Source: a virus (taxonomy: Duplodnaviria; Caudoviricetes). Taken from it: 64,000 bases of DNA. The notes under the pieces were generated by a model. It was given only the letters and a program-made list of their open reading frames with translations. It did not search any database and was not told the DNA's origin. Location of the stretch: IMG/VR virus record IMGVR_UViG_3300031088_000782, positions 224,001-288,000 of that record; one strand, written 5' to 3'. A program made the translations under genes and the position numbers. The first letter of the stretch is position 1; every line of letters begins with the position of its first letter. Positions 10,471 to 20,725 of the stretch are shown here, one piece after another.

Positions 10471-11859
10471 ATGGCTAAGAATAAAACTGTTTACAAATGT
10501 TTGAGCTGCGGTAAAGAATATGTTCGTGAACCTATTGGCAAGTGCTCTTCATGTGGAGCTTTTCAAAATTTCACAGAAGTTCAGGAATCATCTGTCAATC
10601 AAAGCTCCTCACAGGCTGGATTGAAAACCTCTGGGGCTTTGAAACCAAGCACAAAAGCAAGAACAATCAATGAGTTAAAGAATAACCCTATCAGCAGAAC
10701 AAAGACAGGAATTGAAGAGTTCGACAGGGTTCTTGGTGGAGGTTTTGTTGATGCAGAAGTTGTCTTAGTTGGAGGACAAGCGGGAACAGGAAAATCTACT
10801 ATCGCCTTAGATATAGCTTCGAGATATGCAAAACTTGGAAAAACAGTGCTTTATTCGTCTGGTGAAGAATCAGAACAGCAAATCGGATTAAGAGCTTCGA
10901 GAATGGGTATTGTTAATGAAAACATTAAAATAGTCAACGAAACCAGTCTTGAAGTTCTTTTAGGTCATATTGCTGATGAAAAACCTGAATTACTTATTGT
11001 TGATTCTCTTCAAACTCTTGCTTCCAGTGAAATTTCCAGTTCTATCGGATCCATTCAACAATCCAAAGAAGCAGCGCACACCCTCACTCGTTTGGCTAAA
11101 AATGAGAAAATTACAATGATTTTAGTCAATCAGCTAGTAAAGAGCGGCGAATATGCTGGTTCAGAAAGTATCAAGCATATAGTCGATGCTGCATTAATGT
11201 TTGAAAGCGATTCTGAAACACCGTTAAAGTTCCTCAGAGCCGAGAAAAATCGTTTTGGCGACACGAGTGAGGTTGGCATATTCCAACACTCAGAAACGGG
11301 TTTAGAAGAGGTTACAGACCCGAGTGGTGTGTTTATAGACAATGACAACAACGAATCTCTTTCTGGAACGTCATTAAGCTTCATCAGTGAAGGAGTGAGA
11401 CAGATTCCAGTAGAAATTCAAGCATTGGCAAGTTCATCAAATCTTCCTACCCCAAGGAAGCAATTCAACGGAGTTAATTTCAATCGTGGTCAAATTGTTT
11501 GTGCAATTCTTGATAAATTTTGCCGAACAAGACTATATGAGAATGATGTTTTCGTCAATACAATTTCAGGTATCAAAATCAATGATCCTTTAGCTGACCT
11601 TTCAATCGCTGCTTCTCTGTTGTCCTCCCTAAAAAACAAAACCTTCAAAGACAGAACAGCTTTCATCGGTGAATTGAGTCTTACAGGCCAAGTTAGAGGA
11701 GCTTTTATGATTGAAAACAAAATTAGAGAAGCTGACAGATTAGGTTTCGACAGAATAGTTATTCCGAAAACCGCTATGAAGAATCTCAGTAGCAGAAAAT
11801 ACAAAATCAAGGTTGAAACAATTTCTTCTATTAAAGACATTGAGAAAATGCTTTCCTAA
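10471..11859 (+). CDS. radA: DNA repair protein RadA/Sms
   Basis: C4 zinc finger, Walker A GGQAGTGKST, KNRFG motif, Lon-like C-terminal GELSLTGQVR. Confidence 0.95.
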   Translation: MAKNKTVYKCLSCGKEYVREPIGKCSSCGAFQNFTEVQESSVNQSSSQAGLKTSGALKPSTKARTINELKNNPISRTKTGIEEFDRVLGGGFVDAEVVLVGGQAGTGKSTIALDIASRYAKLGKTVLYSSGEESEQQIGLRASRMGIVNENIKIVNETSLEVLLGHIADEKPELLIVDSLQTLASSEISSSIGSIQQSKEAAHTLTRLAKNEKITMILVNQLVKSGEYAGSESIKHIVDAALMFESDSETPLKFLRAEKNRFGDTSEVGIFQHSETGLEEVTDPSGVFIDNDNNESLSGTSLSFISEGVRQIPVEIQALASSSNLPTPRKQFNGVNFNRGQIVCAILDKFCRTRLYENDVFVNTISGIKINDPLADLSIAASLLSSLKNKTFKDRTAFIGELSLTGQVRGAFMIENKIREADRLGFDRIVIPKTAMKNLSSRKYKIKVETISSIKDIEKMLS

Positions 11860-11905
11860 CAATTAACGAAAACTAAATAAAAACTAACAATTTTTAGCAC
11901 GAGTT

Positions 11906-11912
11906 TGATATT
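11906..11912 (+). promoter_or_regulatory. YTGATATT box
   Basis: tTGATATT 48 nt before ATG 11954. Confidence 0.45.
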
Positions 11913-11953
11913 TTCAATAACTTGCATGAAAATTTTGACAGGAGACCTCAATT

Positions 11954-12625
11954 ATGGCAATTCCAACGAGAAAACCCCCATCTGGCGCGTCTGACAGTGG
12001 AGACAATAATGACAACAATATGATGGGAAAAACTCCTGTACAGCCCAAACAGAGGCGTACAGGCGACAGTCAGCAACCATCTCAAACTCGTCAACCTGCG
12101 AAACGTAAAAAAGCTCCAGCAAAACGAGACCCATATGCTGAGAGAGCCGTTTATGTTGAGGATAATTCTGAAAAAGATTCAACAAATTATGCTGAAATGT
12201 CAAAAAAGCAGTTAGATTCTGAAGATGATTCAAAGAAACAGAAGAAAGCTCCCGATAAGTATGAAGAAATTGACGTAAGTTCTATTAGCGTATCTGTGGA
12301 CACTGATGCTCTGAACAATCCAGACTTTGCCAAAGACCCTATTACCGGAAAAATTTATCAAAAAATTCCGAAAACAAAAATGGATTCTAATGGTATGCCT
12401 ATGATTCAGACAGATATTGATGATTTAGATCTGGAGGGAGCGGCAAATAAATTCCTTGCTCATCTTCGTGTTCCTCCTTCAAAAGAAGAAATTGAAAAGA
12501 TGCGTCAAGAAAGAATCGAAAGAGCAAAGCAAGAAAGAATTAGACAACAGCAAAGGAAGCAGAATAAAAATCGTTCCGATGCTACACAAGAAGAATTAAA
12601 AAGACTTTATGACCAAAATAAGTGA
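11954..12625 (+). CDS. Hypothetical charged, largely disordered protein
   Basis: 223-aa ORF with GGAGA RBS; no recognisable domain. Confidence 0.7.
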   Translation: MAIPTRKPPSGASDSGDNNDNNMMGKTPVQPKQRRTGDSQQPSQTRQPAKRKKAPAKRDPYAERAVYVEDNSEKDSTNYAEMSKKQLDSEDDSKKQKKAPDKYEEIDVSSISVSVDTDALNNPDFAKDPITGKIYQKIPKTKMDSNGMPMIQTDIDDLDLEGAANKFLAHLRVPPSKEEIEKMRQERIERAKQERIRQQQRKQNKNRSDATQEELKRLYDQNK

Positions 12626-12694
12626 AACATTTTGATTAGAAAAGGTTATGTAACAGTCTTAATAAAATTTAATGAATTCTAGGAGAAACATCTG

Positions 12695-12910
12695 ATGAGT
12701 GGTGGTACTAAAAAAGCTGGCGGAAAAGCAATGCAATTTTTAGGGTTATTGGTTATTGTTGGCTTTGCTGTAGCCCTATTGAGGGTTTTTGATTGGGATC
12801 CTTTTGGTGTAATTGATTGGATAATCAATTGGGTTATCACAATCATCACTGCAATCTCTGACTGGTTCGGTGGAAATCAATACTTCCAAGCATTTACTGA
12901 CAAACGGTGA
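12695..12910 (+). CDS. Small membrane protein
   Basis: AGGAG RBS; two hydrophobic stretches in 71 aa. Confidence 0.65.
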   Translation: MSGGTKKAGGKAMQFLGLLVIVGFAVALLRVFDWDPFGVIDWIINWVITIITAISDWFGGNQYFQAFTDKR

Positions 12911-12973
12911 CGGAATTTAAAAAATTAAAACCTTTTTTCTGTGAAAAATAATTTAAAAATAAATATTGAAAAC

Positions 12974-12980
12974 TGATATT
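12974..12980 (+). promoter_or_regulatory. YTGATATT box
   Basis: cTGATATT 88 nt before ATG 13062. Confidence 0.45.
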
Positions 12981-13061
12981 CGGGGCGTTTCTCTTGATAA
13001 AATAAGAGTAGAAACACCCCGAATATATTTTTGTAAGTAAGTAGATAAAAGGAGAAACAAT

Positions 13062-14045
13062 ATGGCCGAAGAAGGATTTTACACAACTGCTTTCACATCG
13101 CAGGATTTCGTTGAAGGAGATGCGATTGAAAGAGCAGAAGTGTTTGTTGTTGAAGGACAAGGCTTAGTAAATGATGTTGTTGAAAGCAGCTCAGGTAAGT
13201 CTCTGCAGGTTGTTATTGATGCCCATAAAGAATTTAAAGGGAAGCCTATGTATTCTAAAGGTTGGGCACCAGTAGATTCTGCAGTCATCAAAAAAGCACA
13301 AGAGGCACAAGAAAAAGGTATCGCTGTAGATTTCCGTATTGAGACAGTTCGTAATGCCAAAAACACCCGAACTGGCGAAAAGATAGACCGCTCCACGCCT
13401 ATTTCTGAACTTAAAAAAGGAATGGAAAATGCACGCGAAAACGTTATTCATTCTGTTGCTCGAATCAAACTTGCTGATGAAGATTCTTGGACAGACGGAA
13501 TTATGCGAACAAACCCTAAAGAAGACACAAAGAGAACTGGACGAAGCGCACTCGACCTCTCCGATGATGAAATTTCAAGCAACTCAGGAAATTCATCAAA
13601 CTCTTCCGCAAATGTTTCCACCTACACAGGTCTTGAGCCTCAGCCTTGGGCAACTCGAAACAGTGCAGGAGATGTCAATCCCGGATCGCTTGCTGTCAGT
13701 GTTCCTCTTACACTTTACAGTTTCGTAGCAGCATGGAACAAAAACAACGATTCTAATGTAGAGATTTCCGAAAAACAACGAATGGTTTTGACAAAGGCAC
13801 TTCTGTCCGTGTCAAACAAACTTCAAGTTTCAATCTATGAAGGAAAACTTGAATCACCAGATCTGTCTCTTGGAAGCCACACCAGAGCACGAGCCTTAGT
13901 GTTCAATGTTGTTGAAGTATTCTTCCCTATTACAGAGGAAGTCGCTTCAAGCAACGAAAACGTCAAAGAATGGATGAATGAAATCCATGATAAAGCTCTT
14001 GCAATGTGGAAGTGGAGTATTGGAGAGATTGACAAACTTTCCTGA
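13062..14045 (+). CDS. Hypothetical protein (two domains joined by a Ser/Asn linker)
   Basis: AAGGAG RBS, 327 aa, followed by a hairpin. Confidence 0.75.
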   Translation: MAEEGFYTTAFTSQDFVEGDAIERAEVFVVEGQGLVNDVVESSSGKSLQVVIDAHKEFKGKPMYSKGWAPVDSAVIKKAQEAQEKGIAVDFRIETVRNAKNTRTGEKIDRSTPISELKKGMENARENVIHSVARIKLADEDSWTDGIMRTNPKEDTKRTGRSALDLSDDEISSNSGNSSNSSANVSTYTGLEPQPWATRNSAGDVNPGSLAVSVPLTLYSFVAAWNKNNDSNVEISEKQRMVLTKALLSVSNKLQVSIYEGKLESPDLSLGSHTRARALVFNVVEVFFPITEEVASSNENVKEWMNEIHDKALAMWKWSIGEIDKLS

Positions 14046-14100
14046 AATTATTTTTCAAAAAAGTAAAATAAACAACAACTGAATATAAATGCTATAAACA

Positions 14101-14146
14101 AAATAACAGCAATCATTTTCTTTCTGAACTTTGATTGCTGTTATTT
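14101..14146. terminator. Hairpin terminator
   Basis: AAATAACAGCAATCA / TGATTGCTGTTATTT 15-bp stem. Confidence 0.7.
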
Positions 14147-14167
14147 TTATTGTTTAGAAACTAATGT

Positions 14168-14174
14168 TGATATT
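14168..14174 (+). promoter_or_regulatory. YTGATATT box upstream of pilin-like gene
   Basis: tTGATATT 86 nt before ATG 14254. Confidence 0.45.
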
Positions 14175-14253
14175 ATTATCGTGACTGATTCACTATGGTT
14201 GTCTCAAAGTGAGATAATCTAATTTTCAACAACTAGAACAAGGACAGGACGAA

Positions 14254-14556
14254 ATGGCATTTATCAGTAATATTAAAGCTTCATTCGCAACTGATGCTGC
14301 TGTCGAAGCAGAGCGCGACCGTGGTGACCTCGTGCAGACCCTCTTACTCGTAGCAGGGTTTGCCGTAGCCACATTACTTGCAGTAAACTGGTTAAGCACA
14401 GCTATGCTCAACAAGGCCGCAGACGCATCACAGTGCATTCAGGGTTCCAACACATATAACACAGCATCGGCATCTGACAATTGCCAAAGCGCAAACCACG
14501 CAGATAAAAAAGATTTTAAAGATGATGCGGGATATAAAGGACGTTTTAATAACTAA
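14254..14556 (+). CDS. Flp/type IV pilin-like protein (atypical)
   Basis: Charged leader ending ERDRG, then a hydrophobic helix; two Cys; directly upstream of tadC/cpaF/tadB; lacks the canonical Glu+5. Confidence 0.55.
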   Translation: MAFISNIKASFATDAAVEAERDRGDLVQTLLLVAGFAVATLLAVNWLSTAMLNKAADASQCIQGSNTYNTASASDNCQSANHADKKDFKDDAGYKGRFNN

Positions 14557-14603
14557 TAGTGAATAATTAATTTTACTGAAAAATAAAACGTTCTAATACA
14601 CAC

Positions 14604-14640
14604 AAAAAGAGAGATTAGCTTCACCGCTATCTCTCTTTTT
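14604..14640 (+). terminator. Hairpin terminator after pilin
   Basis: AAAAAGAGAGAT / ATCTCTCTTTTT. Confidence 0.7.
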
Positions 14641-14826
14641 GGTCTTTCTTTTTAAATTTTAATAAATTTATTTATCAACATATGTTGTCATTGAAAAACA
14701 TTTATTAATTCAAAGAACAAACATTAACTAAACAATTACATTCAATAAAAATTTTAGAATATTTGAAAAATTATAAAATACAAAATTTAGTTATAATGTT
14801 AAAGAATCTTGTTTTAACAATAATCT

Positions 14827-14833
14827 TGATATT
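14827..14833 (+). promoter_or_regulatory. YTGATATT box upstream of tad operon
   Basis: tTGATATT 52 nt before ATG 14879. Confidence 0.45.
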
Positions 14834-14878
14834 TCATATTGTTAAACTACCACTTAAAGAGAATGAAGAAGGAAATCT

Positions 14879-15784
14879 ATGACTGCTCCTTTTATAATTG
14901 GCGGACTTGTAGCTATAATGGCAGCTTTGGTGATGTATGCGCTGTTTATGCCAAAAGGAAATAACGGACAAGTATTCAGCTCAGAAGAAATGAAAGATTC
15001 AGGAACATTATTGAAAATCATGTCAAGTATTGGCAATGACTTCTACAATGCGCTTCCTGAAGGAATTGTCAAAACAAACAAGCGAGAAAGAGTAAATCCC
15101 CGCGTTGAATCTCTGATTGTCAGATCAGGAAATCCCTGGAATCTTAATGTCAATGAATTCGTCTTTCTCCAATATTTGGGTGCATTCTTAGGATTCATAG
15201 CCGGATGGATAGTCTGGTTTGGATTGAGCGTATTTACAAGCATCCCCTGGTTTGTTGTTGTGGGATTAGTAACCATCTTCGCATTCTTTATTCCCCGAAT
15301 CAAATACAACGACCAAGCAAAAGCAAGAGATTTAGAGTTCAAGCGTCAATTGCCTGAAGCACTCGACTTGCTTATTATTTCTTTGTCTGGTGGTAGGACA
15401 TTTACACAATCAGTTCGTGAAATAATTCCAAATATGAACGAAAGTGTTTTGAAAGAAGAATTCAAAAATATGGTGAAAGCCATCGACACAGGTAGAACAT
15501 TGAACGAAGCTCTTGATACTTTTGCATCAAAGTCACCTAATGAAAGTATCTTAACCTTTATTCGTTCCGTCCAATCAGCTACTGAAGTAAATGCTCCTCT
15601 TGTTGAAACTTTGGAAGCAAGAGCTGATGCGTCACGACAGGAATTCTTCGCTCTCATTCACGAAAAAACAGCCCAGCTTGAATCAAAAATATTCATGGCA
15701 TTGACTCCAACATTGATGCCAGCTGTTATGATCATTGCAATTGCCCCATCCGCATACTCCATGATGAGCACATTAGGAAGTTGA
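14879..15784 (+). CDS. tadC: Tad pilus platform protein TadC (T2SSF family)
   Basis: QLPEALDLLIISLSGG motif, TM segments, adjacent to cpaF. Confidence 0.85.
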   Translation: MTAPFIIGGLVAIMAALVMYALFMPKGNNGQVFSSEEMKDSGTLLKIMSSIGNDFYNALPEGIVKTNKRERVNPRVESLIVRSGNPWNLNVNEFVFLQYLGAFLGFIAGWIVWFGLSVFTSIPWFVVVGLVTIFAFFIPRIKYNDQAKARDLEFKRQLPEALDLLIISLSGGRTFTQSVREIIPNMNESVLKEEFKNMVKAIDTGRTLNEALDTFASKSPNESILTFIRSVQSATEVNAPLVETLEARADASRQEFFALIHEKTAQLESKIFMALTPTLMPAVMIIAIAPSAYSMMSTLGS

Positions 15785-15795
15785 GATAATAAAAA

Positions 15796-18700
15796 ATGGT
15801 AGAATTCACCAATCCTTTCAGCAATAAGAAAAAGAACAAAGTCAATACCGAAGATAATCTTGTCATAGATTCAAGTATAGAGTCATTAGCAGATAATCCT
15901 CCAGCAGAAAACAATAATGAAATAACACTTGAAAATGTAGCTGAAGAGGCACTTAAAGATAACACTCCCCTTTCTCAGCCTATTGTTAATCAAAGTCAAA
16001 CAAGTAATTTACCCAGGCTTCCTAAAATAGCTCCTGCCGATGACAGAGCTTTCGCTGAACTTTTCGAAGAAGGCGACAATGAAGAGAGTGAATTATATAG
16101 GGCAAAACAAGAGACCAATTTTGGTGAATCTTACAAAAAAGAAGTTGAAGATAAGATTATCGAACTTATTGAACGAAACATCAATGATTTAAAAAAGAAA
16201 TACCCAACAGGCGGTATCAAAGCTTCACGTTATATTACAACCGAAGTTCTCATTATGGCACCAGCAGGATATTTTGACAAATATTTGAATGATGTCTCAA
16301 GAGGAGTCGATTATGTGAGGAATAAACTTGCTGATGCTGACAAATCCGACATGATTAGGACAGCACAAGATAATCCTACTGATGATGCACTTCAAGACAG
16401 GGCTTTCTTTCTTGTTCACAGTTTAGCTTCAGAATTTATGAAAAATTCGATGTGGAGAGAAACCAATAGGAGCATTGTTGTTTCGTTTATCTGTAACGAA
16501 ATAGTAGGATTTGGAAGAATCGATCCTTTGTGGAGAGATAGAAGTATTGATGAAATCATGTGTAATGGACCAAAAGACATTCAAATCGAAATTCGTGGTG
16601 AAATTACTAAAGTTCCTGGATGTTACTTCAATAATCAGGCGCATTTGATGGAGTTGATCGACAGACTATATGGTGCAATCGGAAAAACAGTAAGCATGAC
16701 AACAGCAATGGTGAAAGGTAGACTTCACGACAAAAGCCGTATGTATGCTACCCACCCTGTTATCTCTCCAGACGGTCCAAATTTTTCAATTAGAAGACAC
16801 CCAGAGAAGTTTTGGGCACCAAGCGATCTTGTTCAAAGAGGTTCAGCTTCACCCGAAATGATGTCATACATTGGAAATCTCATTTATAAAGGAGCTTCGG
16901 TAGCCATTACAGGAGGCACCCATAGCGGCAAGGAGATGGTGGCTGAAACAAAAGTTCACACCCCTTCTGGAATAACAACAATGGGCGAAATCCAAATAGG
17001 TGACCAAATTTTCGATCATCATGGAAATATAGCTACAGTGACAAATAAATTTCCTCAACCACTTAGACAAGTATACGAAATTTCCTTCAGTAACGGAGAA
17101 AAAAGTTACGTTGGTGCTAACCATAACTGGTTTATCTCTACTCACGAGTCTAGAAAATCCAACAAATACCGCGAATCAAACAAAAAGAATTCCGGCTGGA
17201 CAAGAAAAACTAATTATTCACCAGAAATTATCGACAAAATTGAGAAAAAACTTATAGAAGTTTCAGAAAATGATTATGTTAGTTTTGCAGAAGGTTTTCG
17301 TAATGTTGGATTAAAAACAACAGGATCTAAACACCTTACAAAGCAATTAAAATCTTTAGCAAAAATAAACAGAAAAGTTTTAGCTAAAGATTTCTACAAA
17401 ACACTTCTGGAATACGGAAAGAAAAATAAAAATGATCAGAGGCACAGAAGGTCTCCGTTATTCTCTGTCATGACTACTGAAGAAATGATGAATGTTGGTC
17501 TTTTGCATAAATCTTCGGTTGATGGTCACAAAAGATACAATTTTCATATTCCTGTTCTTGAAAATGCTGTTGAATATGATAATGGTAAATCACCTGAAGA
17601 TCTGCCTATTCATCCTTATTTGTTCGGACTGTGGTTAGGAGACGGAAGCTCAAGCAAGGCTGTTTTGACCGGAGCAGCTGATGATGTTGAATTCTATAAC
17701 AACTATTTTAACTACGCCCCTGAAACAAAAATATTCAAAACTATAGGAAAATCAGATAGTAACTGGAAGATTACTGTCCTCAATTTCAGAAACAATCTTC
17801 TTGAACTGGGTGTTGTCCAAAAAACAACCGCTGAAGGCTCTAAAAAGCATATCCCCGATATCTACAAGTATGCTAGTGTAGAGTCCCGTAGAATGCTCAT
17901 TGCTGGTCTTATAGATAGTGATGGTTGGGCTAACACAAGATGCCCCGGATGGATTTTCACCAATACTAACGAAACTCTTGTTAAAGATTATATTCAAGTT
18001 GCATCATCTTTGGCTTACAAGGTTTCACGAAGTAAGGATAAGCAAAAATATTTTGATTATAAGGGCGAGAAAAAAGCTGGAAAAACTTCATGGGATGTTT
18101 CTATTGTTACTCATGATTCTTTAGCATATCTCCCAAGAAAAATCGAAGCACATAAGAAAATGCTTAAACAATTCCCGGAGAGTTTGGGAAGACAAGATGA
18201 CATTTCTATTGTTGACATTAAACCTGTTGAGGGCAGAATTGAAAACATGGTATGTATTACTGTTGACTCTCCTGACTCTACCTACATGATAGAGAACAGC
18301 TTTATCACCACTCACAACACTTCTTTGTTAAACGCTTTGACAGGCTTTTATAAGCCAAGAGTAAGAATTTTAACACTTGAAGATAACATTGAAATGAAAC
18401 CCAACCCTAAGAAATATTTAGCTGCTGCAATGGAATGTCGCGCTCCTGCTGTTGACAGACCAAGCGATAAAGGGGTTTCTATGAGAGATTTAGTGAAGGG
18501 ATCTTTGCAGTTAAGACCAGATGCTATTATCGTAGGTGAGGTAACTGATGATGCAGCCTTCGATCTTTGTCAAGCATTGAATACAGGTCATGCAGGAATG
18601 TCAACAATTCACGCTAACAGCTCTATAGAAGCTATCCCGCGTATTGCATCTTTGATTGCGCAGGGTGGTTTAGTCACATCAGAAGGAAGCTTAGAGCTTA

Positions 18701-19005
18701 TTTCTTCCGCTTTTGATATCGTTGTCTCTGTTAAGCACTTCCCTCTTGATGGATCCCGCCGAATTGTCTCTGTTGATGAAGTAGGATCAACACCAGTAGA
18801 AATAAACGGAAGACTCACACTACCTGTTTATCCATTGTGGAAGTTCATTGATGAAGGACTAAATGCGGAAGGAAAAGTCATCGGCCATTGGGAGCAGGTA
18901 GGCGATATTAGTAAAGAACGACAAGAACGAAAACTTCTCAACATTGAAGAAAGCTTAAATTGGGAAGATTTGAAAGAACTCAGCAGCATCCCTGGACAGG
19001 AGTAA
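15796..19005 (+). CDS. cpaF: Tad pilus ATPase CpaF/TadA containing an intein
   Basis: GFGRIDPL, DEIMCNG, SIRRH, Walker A GGTHSGK|T split by the intein, TLED, RPDAIIVGEV, NTGHAGMSTIHANS. Confidence 0.92.
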   Translation: MVEFTNPFSNKKKNKVNTEDNLVIDSSIESLADNPPAENNNEITLENVAEEALKDNTPLSQPIVNQSQTSNLPRLPKIAPADDRAFAELFEEGDNEESELYRAKQETNFGESYKKEVEDKIIELIERNINDLKKKYPTGGIKASRYITTEVLIMAPAGYFDKYLNDVSRGVDYVRNKLADADKSDMIRTAQDNPTDDALQDRAFFLVHSLASEFMKNSMWRETNRSIVVSFICNEIVGFGRIDPLWRDRSIDEIMCNGPKDIQIEIRGEITKVPGCYFNNQAHLMELIDRLYGAIGKTVSMTTAMVKGRLHDKSRMYATHPVISPDGPNFSIRRHPEKFWAPSDLVQRGSASPEMMSYIGNLIYKGASVAITGGTHSGKEMVAETKVHTPSGITTMGEIQIGDQIFDHHGNIATVTNKFPQPLRQVYEISFSNGEKSYVGANHNWFISTHESRKSNKYRESNKKNSGWTRKTNYSPEIIDKIEKKLIEVSENDYVSFAEGFRNVGLKTTGSKHLTKQLKSLAKINRKVLAKDFYKTLLEYGKKNKNDQRHRRSPLFSVMTTEEMMNVGLLHKSSVDGHKRYNFHIPVLENAVEYDNGKSPEDLPIHPYLFGLWLGDGSSSKAVLTGAADDVEFYNNYFNYAPETKIFKTIGKSDSNWKITVLNFRNNLLELGVVQKTTAEGSKKHIPDIYKYASVESRRMLIAGLIDSDGWANTRCPGWIFTNTNETLVKDYIQVASSLAYKVSRSKDKQKYFDYKGEKKAGKTSWDVSIVTHDSLAYLPRKIEAHKKMLKQFPESLGRQDDISIVDIKPVEGRIENMVCITVDSPDSTYMIENSFITTHNTSLLNALTGFYKPRVRILTLEDNIEMKPNPKKYLAAAMECRAPAVDRPSDKGVSMRDLVKGSLQLRPDAIIVGEVTDDAAFDLCQALNTGHAGMSTIHANSSIEAIPRIASLIAQGGLVTSEGSLELISSAFDIVVSVKHFPLDGSRRIVSVDEVGSTPVEINGRLTLPVYPLWKFIDEGLNAEGKVIGHWEQVGDISKERQERKLLNIEESLNWEDLKELSSIPGQE
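16933..18318 (+). mobile_element. 462-aa intein with LAGLIDADG endonuclease, class-3 (WCT) signature
   Basis: Inserted between K and T of Walker A; block B ANHNW; PYLFGLWLGDG and LIAGLIDSDG; block F MVCITV; ends ITTHN|T; first residue is Glu. Confidence 0.9.
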
Positions 19006-19012
19006 CTACCAT

Positions 19013-19963
19013 ATGATTTACAGTGATTTTTTCCCATATGTTATAGCGGGAGGGATAACAGCCCTTCTCGTGCTACTCGGAGTACTCATATTTTTTGCTG
19101 TAAAAAGTAGTTCTCAGAAAATGAACTATAACGAACAGCTTGAAGCACTTATTCAAGACGATGATGAAGATCAAGTTCAAGTAAAAATGGGGCTTGTCCA
19201 AAAATGGAATCATTATTGGACAGAATTATTCAAAACCGCAGGATTCGCCAGATATAAAGAGGAAAACAGTTCTGCAGGTAGAGATGTTCTATTCGGAATG
19301 ATTATATTTGCAGTATTAGTATCACTCCTTGCAAGAAATCCTATCATCGGTGTTGCTGTATCTGTTGCTCTCACCTTTGGTATCTCTGTTATCGTCAAAA
19401 ATGTTTCCAATAAAAAATCAGATAGTATCAATTACCAATTACCAGGATTCATTTTCGCCCTCAAAGCTAACATTCAAGCATCAGAAACAAACGAAAGAGC
19501 TATGCTTAAAGTTATTGATAGTATGCCTTCGCCATTATATGAAGATCTTGTTATTGTCAAAAACAAACTGCTTGCCAGTGCATCATTTAAAGAAGCCTTG
19601 GAAAATCTTGCTGAAAAAACCGCTTCAAAAGACCTTAGATTCTTAGCTGCATGTATGATTCAAGCCGCAAACAGCGGAGCAAACCTTGAATCGCAGCTTG
19701 ATTCTATTCAAAAAGTTCTTGAACAAAGAAGAAAAGTAGCTGACGAAATTAATAGAGCTGTCAAATCAGCCCAACCTGCAATCTGGTTAGCATCAGTTGT
19801 TATCCCCGGATTGTTTTTAGCAAGCTACTTCTTCGATGTAAGTTCACGTTCATTCTGGTTTGTTGAACCTATATCCTGGTTTGCACTTATCGCAACAGTA
19901 GCCTGCTACATCGGCGGAATGGCATTAGTGAAAAAACAAGTCGATGGAATTAAGAACCTATAA
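19013..19963 (+). CDS. tadB: Tad pilus platform protein TadB (T2SSF family)
   Basis: QLPGFIFALKANIQA, downstream of cpaF, TM segments. Confidence 0.85.
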   Translation: MIYSDFFPYVIAGGITALLVLLGVLIFFAVKSSSQKMNYNEQLEALIQDDDEDQVQVKMGLVQKWNHYWTELFKTAGFARYKEENSSAGRDVLFGMIIFAVLVSLLARNPIIGVAVSVALTFGISVIVKNVSNKKSDSINYQLPGFIFALKANIQASETNERAMLKVIDSMPSPLYEDLVIVKNKLLASASFKEALENLAEKTASKDLRFLAACMIQAANSGANLESQLDSIQKVLEQRRKVADEINRAVKSAQPAIWLASVVIPGLFLASYFFDVSSRSFWFVEPISWFALIATVACYIGGMALVKKQVDGIKNL

Positions 19964-19983
19964 AATATATTAAATACTTTTAA

Positions 19984-20039
19984 ATTATTGGATTAACTAT
20001 TAAAAATCAGCAAAATTAATTAATAGTTAATCCAATAAT
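19984..20039. terminator. Hairpin terminator
   Basis: ATTATTGGATTAACTATT / AATAGTTAATCCAATAAT 18-bp stem. Confidence 0.65.
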
Positions 20040-20128
20040 GGTTTTTGATAAAATATTAGATAACAATTATAAACAAAATTAAAACAAATTAAAAGCATTA
20101 TAAACATAAAGAAAGAATGTGAAACAAC

Positions 20129-20722
20129 ATGAGAAAAGAACAAATAGAATTTACCATCAATAAAAAATATATTCTCAACTCAAACGTTGTCAAGCATCAT
20201 TTCGAAAAAGCAAAAATTGCATCATACCTGCGAAATCTTGCCTCTGAAGAGGGAATAGAGCGACACCCTGAAAGAGATCTTGCAGACAGAAGACTCAGCG
20301 AAATAAAAGACTTCGCAGCAAAAACCTTGAACAAATCACGAGCACGCAAAAAAATGAACAAACAAGGGGCGGATGAAGAAGAGATTCTGAAAAGACTTGA
20401 CGAAATTGAACAAGAAAGCGGAGAAATCAAAACAACACAAGTTCCTTTCATGTTCACTCATTTCAAAATCACTCTCACAGCCTGTCCTCCGACGAAAAGA
20501 AGGATGGACCCACCGAATCTCTACCCCACCCTCAAAGCCCTCATAGACGGGCTTACAGACGCTTCCTGGTGGGTTGATGATCAATTTGCAAACCTTGTTG
20601 AAGTATCATTCAAATATGGTGGAATTTCTGGAGAAAAGGATTATTTTAAACTTATCCTTGACATAGAAGAAGTAGAAGACTGTTCAGGTTATGTTCTCGT
20701 TCCAGAATTTGTCAAAAGATGA
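20129..20722 (+). CDS. RusA-like Holliday junction resolvase
   Basis: RRMDPPNLYPTLKALIDGL..WWVDD pattern. Confidence 0.7.
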   Translation: MRKEQIEFTINKKYILNSNVVKHHFEKAKIASYLRNLASEEGIERHPERDLADRRLSEIKDFAAKTLNKSRARKKMNKQGADEEEILKRLDEIEQESGEIKTTQVPFMFTHFKITLTACPPTKRRMDPPNLYPTLKALIDGLTDASWWVDDQFANLVEVSFKYGGISGEKDYFKLILDIEEVEDCSGYVLVPEFVKR

Positions 20723-20725
20723 ATA

